Sequence record: SRR31156797_6410
Direction: 5' to 3' (one strand)
Length of the DNA stretch: 53,206 bases
Below are positions 48,452 through 53,206 of this stretch, in pieces. The position numbers and the translations under genes are program-made. The notes beneath the pieces are model-generated. The model searched no databases. It was given only the letters and a program-made list of their open reading frames with translations, and was not told the DNA's origin. Positions within the stretch are counted from its first letter, which is position 1; the number at the start of each line of letters is the position of its first letter.

Positions 48452-49696
48452 ATGGAATTTTCAATTGATAATAACATCAATGACGGCGCTGTGATCAAAG
48501 TCATCGGAGTCGGCGGTGGTGGCGGCAACGCAGTAAATCGTATGATCGAAGAAAATGTCAAAGGCGTAGAATTTATTGCAGCCAACACTGACGTTCAAGC
48601 ATTAAAAAATTCAAAAGCAGAAACAGTCATTCAATTAGGCCCTAAATATACCCGTGGTCTTGGTGCTGGTTCACAACCAGAAGTTGGTCAAAAAGCAGCA
48701 GAAGAAAGTGAAGATTCTATTCGTGAATCATTAGAAGGCGCGGATATGATTTTCATTACCGCTGGTATGGGTGGCGGAACCGGGACCGGTGCTGCACCGA
48801 TCGTAGCTAAAATTGCCAAAGAAATCGGCGCATTGACAGTCGGCGTCGTTACTCGTCCGTTTACATTTGAAGGACCAAAACGCGGCCGTTTTGCTGCTGA
48901 AGGAATCGCTAAATTAAAAGAGAATGTCGATACCTTATTGATCATCTCAAACAACCGTTTGTTAGAAGTTGTTGATAAGAAAACGCCAATGCTTGAAGCA
49001 TTCCGTGAAGCAGACAATGTCTTGCGTCAAGGGGTTCAAGGGATCTCAGACTTGATCACTGCACCTGGCTATGTCAACTTAGACTTCGCTGATGTGAAAA
49101 CAGTGATGGAAAATCAAGGCACCGCTTTGATGGGAATCGGTGTTGCTAGCGGCGAAGAACGCGTGATCGAAGCAACGAAAAAAGCAATCTCTTCACCATT
49201 GCTAGAAACATCGATCGATGGTGCTGAACAAGTGCTATTGAACATCACTGGCGGATTGGACATGACTTTATTTGAAGCACAAGATGCTTCTGATATCGTC
49301 GCTCATGCGGCAACAGGTGATGTAAATATTATTTTAGGTACATCAATCAATGAAGACTTAGGCGATGAAATCCGTGTGACTGTCATTGCAACTGGCATTG
49401 ACCCTTCTAAAAAAGAACGTGGGTCTCGCTCTAGCAGACAAAGTCAAAGCCAAATTCATTCTATCCCACAAAAACCAACCTTAGATATGGACCAAGCGCG
49501 TCCTGCACAAGCAGAAGAAAGCAATGGTTTTGGTGATTGGGATATCCGTAAAGAACAAAATGTACGACCTAAAGTAGAAGAAAACACATTTGAAAATGTA
49601 GAAAAGAAAGAATTCGACACCTTCAGCCGTGATGAAGTACGCTCGAATGATGACGACGAATTAAGCACACCACCATTTTTCCGTCGTAAACGCTAG
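48452..49696 (+). CDS. ftsZ: cell division protein FtsZ
   Basis: GGGTGTG tubulin signature, [14 protein letters not shown] tail. Confidence 0.99.
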   Translation: MEFSIDNNINDGAVIKVIGVGGGGGNAVNRMIEENVKGVEFIAANTDVQALKNSKAETVIQLGPKYTRGLGAGSQPEVGQKAAEESEDSIRESLEGADMIFITAGMGGGTGTGAAPIVAKIAKEIGALTVGVVTRPFTFEGPKRGRFAAEGIAKLKENVDTLLIISNNRLLEVVDKKTPMLEAFREADNVLRQGVQGISDLITAPGYVNLDFADVKTVMENQGTALMGIGVASGEERVIEATKKAISSPLLETSIDGAEQVLLNITGGLDMTLFEAQDASDIVAHAATGDVNIILGTSINEDLGDEIRVTVIATGIDPSKKERGSRSSRQSQSQIHSIPQKPTLDMDQARPAQAEESNGFGDWDIRKEQNVRPKVEENTFENVEKKEFDTFSRDEVRSNDDDELSTPPFFRRKR

Positions 49697-49708
49697 GGGG
49701 CAGAGCAC

Positions 49709-50380
49709 ATGATTTCTGAGAACTTGCACAAGATCCAGCAAGAGATACAGGACTCCTGTGCTCTTGTTTCTAGAAATGCCAGTGAGGTCTGTTTGACAGC
49801 TGTGACAAAATCCGTCGATACAGAAACGACAAGAGAACTTCTAGAAAATGGTGTGCGTGATTGTGCAGAAAATCGAGTAGAAAAGCTACTTGAAAAAAAG
49901 GCAGCATTAACTGATTACCCAGATGTCCGTTGGCATTTTATTGGTAATTTACAGCGCAGAAAGGTAAAATCAGTTATAAATGAGATTGATTTTTTCCATG
50001 CGTTGGATTCAATCAAACTGGCACAAGAAATTCAAAAACGAGCAGAGCATCCGATCAACTGCTTTGTGGAAGTGAATGTTTCGCAGGAAGCAACGAAACA
50101 AGGGATTTTCGTAGAAGAGGTGGTGGCTTTTATTGAAGCACTCGCTTCGTTCGACAAAATTCGTGTTGTTGGATTGATGACGATGGCCCCGCTCACTGCT
50201 TCCAAAGACGAGCAGCATCAGATTTTCAAAGAATTAAAAAGGATTCAACAACAGATCGCTGACCTGCATCTTACACATGCCCCTTGCTTAGAAACGAGTA
50301 TGGGAATGAGTAATGACTTTCCCATTGCGATTCAAGAAGGCGCAACATTTATTCGTGTAGGAACAGCATTATTTCAATAA
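49709..50380 (+). CDS. ylmE: PLP homeostasis protein YggS/YlmE
   Basis: AVTK, WHFIGNLQ, GLMTMAP, SMGMSND, RVGT. Confidence 0.94.
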   Translation: MISENLHKIQQEIQDSCALVSRNASEVCLTAVTKSVDTETTRELLENGVRDCAENRVEKLLEKKAALTDYPDVRWHFIGNLQRRKVKSVINEIDFFHALDSIKLAQEIQKRAEHPINCFVEVNVSQEATKQGIFVEEVVAFIEALASFDKIRVVGLMTMAPLTASKDEQHQIFKELKRIQQQIADLHLTHAPCLETSMGMSNDFPIAIQEGATFIRVGTALFQ

Positions 50381-50396
50381 AAAAGGAGGTTGACCG

Positions 50397-51050
50397 ATGT
50401 CGCTCAAAGAGAAACTGACCAATTTTTTTGGATTGACTGACGAAGAAGATTATTATGAAGAAACATTTGCCACTGAAGAATCGGCACGCACGGCAGCGAA
50501 ACCAGCTGTGAACCAAGGAGGAGCTTTTACCGCCCCTAGAACAACAGCGAGTACGCGTGCTTCTAGCCAAGCGGCTTCTTATACAACAAGTCAACCACAA
50601 AATCAAGCCTATCAATACAGACAGCAGCCTCAAACTGCTGCCTATCAACAATCCTCAGCGGCGGCTGAACGAGTAAGATCGGTGCCTAAGACGGAAGAAA
50701 AAGTCGTTCCAATGGCGCAACAAAGAACTAATACGAGAGTCAAAGACACAAAAGCTAAAGAAACTTCTCCACAAATGGCTGGAAAAATAACGATCGTAGA
50801 ACCACGCGTTTATTCAGAAGCTATGGGGATTGCGAAGCAAGTCATCAATGGAGATGCTGTACTTGTTAATTTTCATTTAATTGAAGAGTACCAAGCTCGT
50901 CGAATAGTTGATTTTTTAACAGGAACAGTGTACGCTGAAGATGGTGATATCAAGCGTGTTGGCGATGAAATTTTTCTTTGCACGCCTAAGGGTATGGAAA
51001 TTGAAGGCACTGCCCAAACATTAGCAGATACCAATTTTTTTGATATCTAA
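50397..51050 (+). CDS. sepF: cell division protein SepF
   Basis: EPRVYSEA, ARRIVDFLTG, IFLCTP. Confidence 0.94.
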   Translation: MSLKEKLTNFFGLTDEEDYYEETFATEESARTAAKPAVNQGGAFTAPRTTASTRASSQAASYTTSQPQNQAYQYRQQPQTAAYQQSSAAAERVRSVPKTEEKVVPMAQQRTNTRVKDTKAKETSPQMAGKITIVEPRVYSEAMGIAKQVINGDAVLVNFHLIEEYQARRIVDFLTGTVYAEDGDIKRVGDEIFLCTPKGMEIEGTAQTLADTNFFDI

Positions 51051-51067
51051 AGTGAGGAGGAACGCCA

Positions 51068-51340
51068 ATTTTATTCTTGAGATTCGTTAAATTACTGAGT
51101 GATGCTGTTTATCTGTATACCATTTTATTAGTGATCTATGCACTTTTGTCTTGGTTTCCAGGAGGGTATCAGTCCGCTTTTGGCCGTTTCTTAGCAAAAG
51201 TGTGTGAACCGTATTTGAGTTTATTTGATCGATTGAAATTAAGTTTTGCTGGTATCGATTTTACGATTGCATTTGCAATTATTGTCTTACAGCTAGCATC
51301 ACAAGCATTGATATTGATCCTACAATCAATTTTATTTTAA
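51068..51340 (+). CDS. ylmG: YggT/YlmG membrane protein; probable ATT start
   Basis: YALLSWFPG, CEPYL, GIDF; SD GGAGG 7 nt before ATT 51068 versus 16 nt before TTG 51077. Confidence 0.9.
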   Translation: MLFLRFVKLLSDAVYLYTILLVIYALLSWFPGGYQSAFGRFLAKVCEPYLSLFDRLKLSFAGIDFTIAFAIIVLQLASQALILILQSILF

Positions 51341-51358
51341 CGTAAGGGGTGGTTATCG

Positions 51359-52141
51359 GTGAACGCAAATGTCTATCAACATTTTCGAAACGATGAACGC
51401 CCTTTTATTGATTCCGCTCAAGGATGGATCGAACAAGTGCAAATGCAGTATGCGCCTTACTTGACTGATTTTTTAGATCCGAGACAAGCGTATATCTTAG
51501 AAAGCTTGATTCGTCAATCAACGGATTTAAGTTTCCGCTTTTTTGGTGGATATGAAGCTGCTGAGAGACGACGTTGTTTGATTTATCCCGATTACTATGA
51601 GCCCACCACCGATGAGTTTGACATGACTTTATTTACGATTCAATACCCGAAAAAATTTACGGTGTTGAGTCATGGAAAAGTTTTAGGCACATTAATGGGG
51701 ACTGGAGTCAAGAGGGAATACTTTGGAGACATTCTTTCCGATGGTGAAATATGGCAAGTATTCGTTGCCACTGAAGTCAGTCATTTTATTCAACTCCAAG
51801 TGGATAAAATCGGTAACGTATCCGTTCGATTGGAAGAAACAAAATATACCGATTTGATCGTGCCTAAAGATGGTTGGACCGAGGAAAGAGAAACGGTTAG
51901 CTCATTGCGTCTTGATACAGTGATCTCTGCCGTGTACAACATCTCTCGTCAGCGTTCGAAACAGTTGATCGAATCAGGAAAAGTAAAAGTAAACTGGACA
52001 GAAGCATTACGACCAGATTTTGTTCTGGATTTACTGGATATCGTTTCAGTAAGAGGATTTGGTCGGATTCAAATACAGGGGTTAGAAGGAACCACGAAAA
52101 AAGAAAAAGTTAGATTGTTATTAGGTGTATTACGTAAATAA
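51359..52141 (+). CDS. ylmH: S4-domain RNA-binding protein YlmH
   Basis: TDFLDPRQ, GGY..AERRR, SSLRLD, SVRGFGR. Confidence 0.93.
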   Translation: MNANVYQHFRNDERPFIDSAQGWIEQVQMQYAPYLTDFLDPRQAYILESLIRQSTDLSFRFFGGYEAAERRRCLIYPDYYEPTTDEFDMTLFTIQYPKKFTVLSHGKVLGTLMGTGVKREYFGDILSDGEIWQVFVATEVSHFIQLQVDKIGNVSVRLEETKYTDLIVPKDGWTEERETVSSLRLDTVISAVYNISRQRSKQLIESGKVKVNWTEALRPDFVLDLLDIVSVRGFGRIQIQGLEGTTKKEKVRLLLGVLRK

Positions 52142-52161
52142 ATCAAAGAGGTGTATAGAAT

Positions 52162-52917
52162 ATGGCATTAACTCCATTAGACATTCAAAATAAAAACTTT
52201 TCAGTAAAAATGAGAGGCTACAACCAAGATGAAGTCGATGACTTCTTGGATATGATCGTTCGTGATTATGAAGAAGCCGTTCAACGCAATCGTGAGTTAG
52301 AAAAATCGTTGAAACACGCAGAAGAAAAACTTGAATATTTCAATGAATTGAAAGATGCCTTGAATCAATCCATTATCGTGGCTCAAGATACGGCGGATAA
52401 AGTAAAAACAAGCGCAAGCAAAGAATCAGAAGTAATCGTTACTTCTGCTCAAAACCGTGCGGATGAAATGGTTGCTACTGCAGAAAAACATGCGCATGCC
52501 TTGATGACCTCAGCGGAAGAAAAAGCCAAAGAGATTTTGACGGATGCAACCGACAATGCCCGTCAATTGGCGACAGAAACAAATGACTTGAAGAAGAAAA
52601 CCAGAGTCTTCCATAACAACTTATTAGTTATGTTGCAAACGCAATTAGAACAAGTGAAGAGTCCTGAGTGGGAAGAAATTTTGGCGCCATTTTCAAGCTA
52701 TGTACAAGATTCCCACCAAGTGATCAGAGAAGTTTTGTCAAAAGAACTTGACAGTGAAAATGGTTCTGGAGTAAACTCAGAAGCAGTGGAAACATTTGAT
52801 GTGGACATTGTTGAATCAGATGAAAAAATCGTTGATGTAAGTGAAAGCCCTGAAGTGAAAACATTAGATGATGCGAGAAACTTATTAGACGAATTGAACA
52901 AGACAGATAATAACTAA
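52162..52917 (+). CDS. divIVA: cell division protein DivIVA
   Basis: MALTPLDIQNKNF..MRGYNQDEVDDFLD; coiled coil. Confidence 0.97.
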   Translation: MALTPLDIQNKNFSVKMRGYNQDEVDDFLDMIVRDYEEAVQRNRELEKSLKHAEEKLEYFNELKDALNQSIIVAQDTADKVKTSASKESEVIVTSAQNRADEMVATAEKHAHALMTSAEEKAKEILTDATDNARQLATETNDLKKKTRVFHNNLLVMLQTQLEQVKSPEWEEILAPFSSYVQDSHQVIREVLSKELDSENGSGVNSEAVETFDVDIVESDEKIVDVSESPEVKTLDDARNLLDELNKTDNN

Positions 52918-52918
52918 G

Positions 52919-53162
52919 ACACAGAACAGAAAAATTTCTTATATTTTTCAAGCGAGTTTGGGAGAGTGGAAGCCAAATAAAACCCTGTAAGAAATCAGAT
53001 CATCTGTGAGTTGCGTTCTTGAAAGAGCTGACTTTTCAAAGACTCGAGTAGAGAACGACGCCTGATCCCGTTACCGATCATCAAAGAATTGTCAACCGAC
53101 AATAAAATTTGGGTGGTACCACGAACACGTTCGTCCCTTACCAGGGACGGACGTGTTTTTTG
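52919..53162 (+). ncRNA. T-box riboswitch, Ile specifier (leader of ileS, gene beyond window)
   Basis: T-box AATTTGGGTGGTACCACG (about 53106-53123); terminator aacacgttcgtccct/agggacggacgtgtt plus Ts; ATC specifier at 52994; divIVA-ileS synteny. Confidence 0.92.
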
Positions 53163-53206
53163 CTGTGAATCACTGCGATTGGTCCGCAAAGCGGAACAGA
53201 GCAGAT

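Noticed and set aside
1..53206. Mobile elements, prophage, defence systems, toxin-antitoxin pairs, rRNA/tRNA
   Set aside because: No transposase, integrase, phage, nuclease-defence or stable-RNA signatures recognised; nearly all long ORFs are housekeeping or metabolic.

Overview
Core chromosomal segment of a low-GC Firmicute. Gene content and sequences point to Enterococcus, probably the casseliflavus/gallinarum group (inference). From left to right: the 3' end of a cold-shock gene; an AT-rich patch with a SnoaL-like gene and a structured non-coding stretch; a metallophosphoesterase; a SagA/PcsB-like CHAP hydrolase; a HelD-like helicase; an old yellow enzyme; a tocopherol-cyclase-like protein; an S9 peptidase; a Zur-boxed operon of zinc-free ribosomal paralogues (rpmG, rpsN, small basic protein, rpmF; three of these are missing from the ORF track); TetR plus a giant CoA-activase/dehydratase-like fusion; GntR; yigZ; PTS IIB; comFA-comFC-hpf; a LacI plus maltodextrin-type ABC cassette; secA-prfB (programmed frameshift)-ftsEX-cls; the dcw cluster from mraZ to divIVA; and an Ile T-box leader. 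No IS, prophage, CRISPR, rRNA or tRNA was seen. The most interesting signals are regulatory. (1) A TGAAAC-N5-TGTAAH box recurs before three cell-wall/division loci. (2) Three genes appear to start at ATT. (3) A palindromic back-to-back promoter with a short terminated counter-transcript sits upstream of helD. (4) A candidate ~210-nt sRNA lies near 1196-1410. No clearly new multi-gene system is proven from sequence alone.
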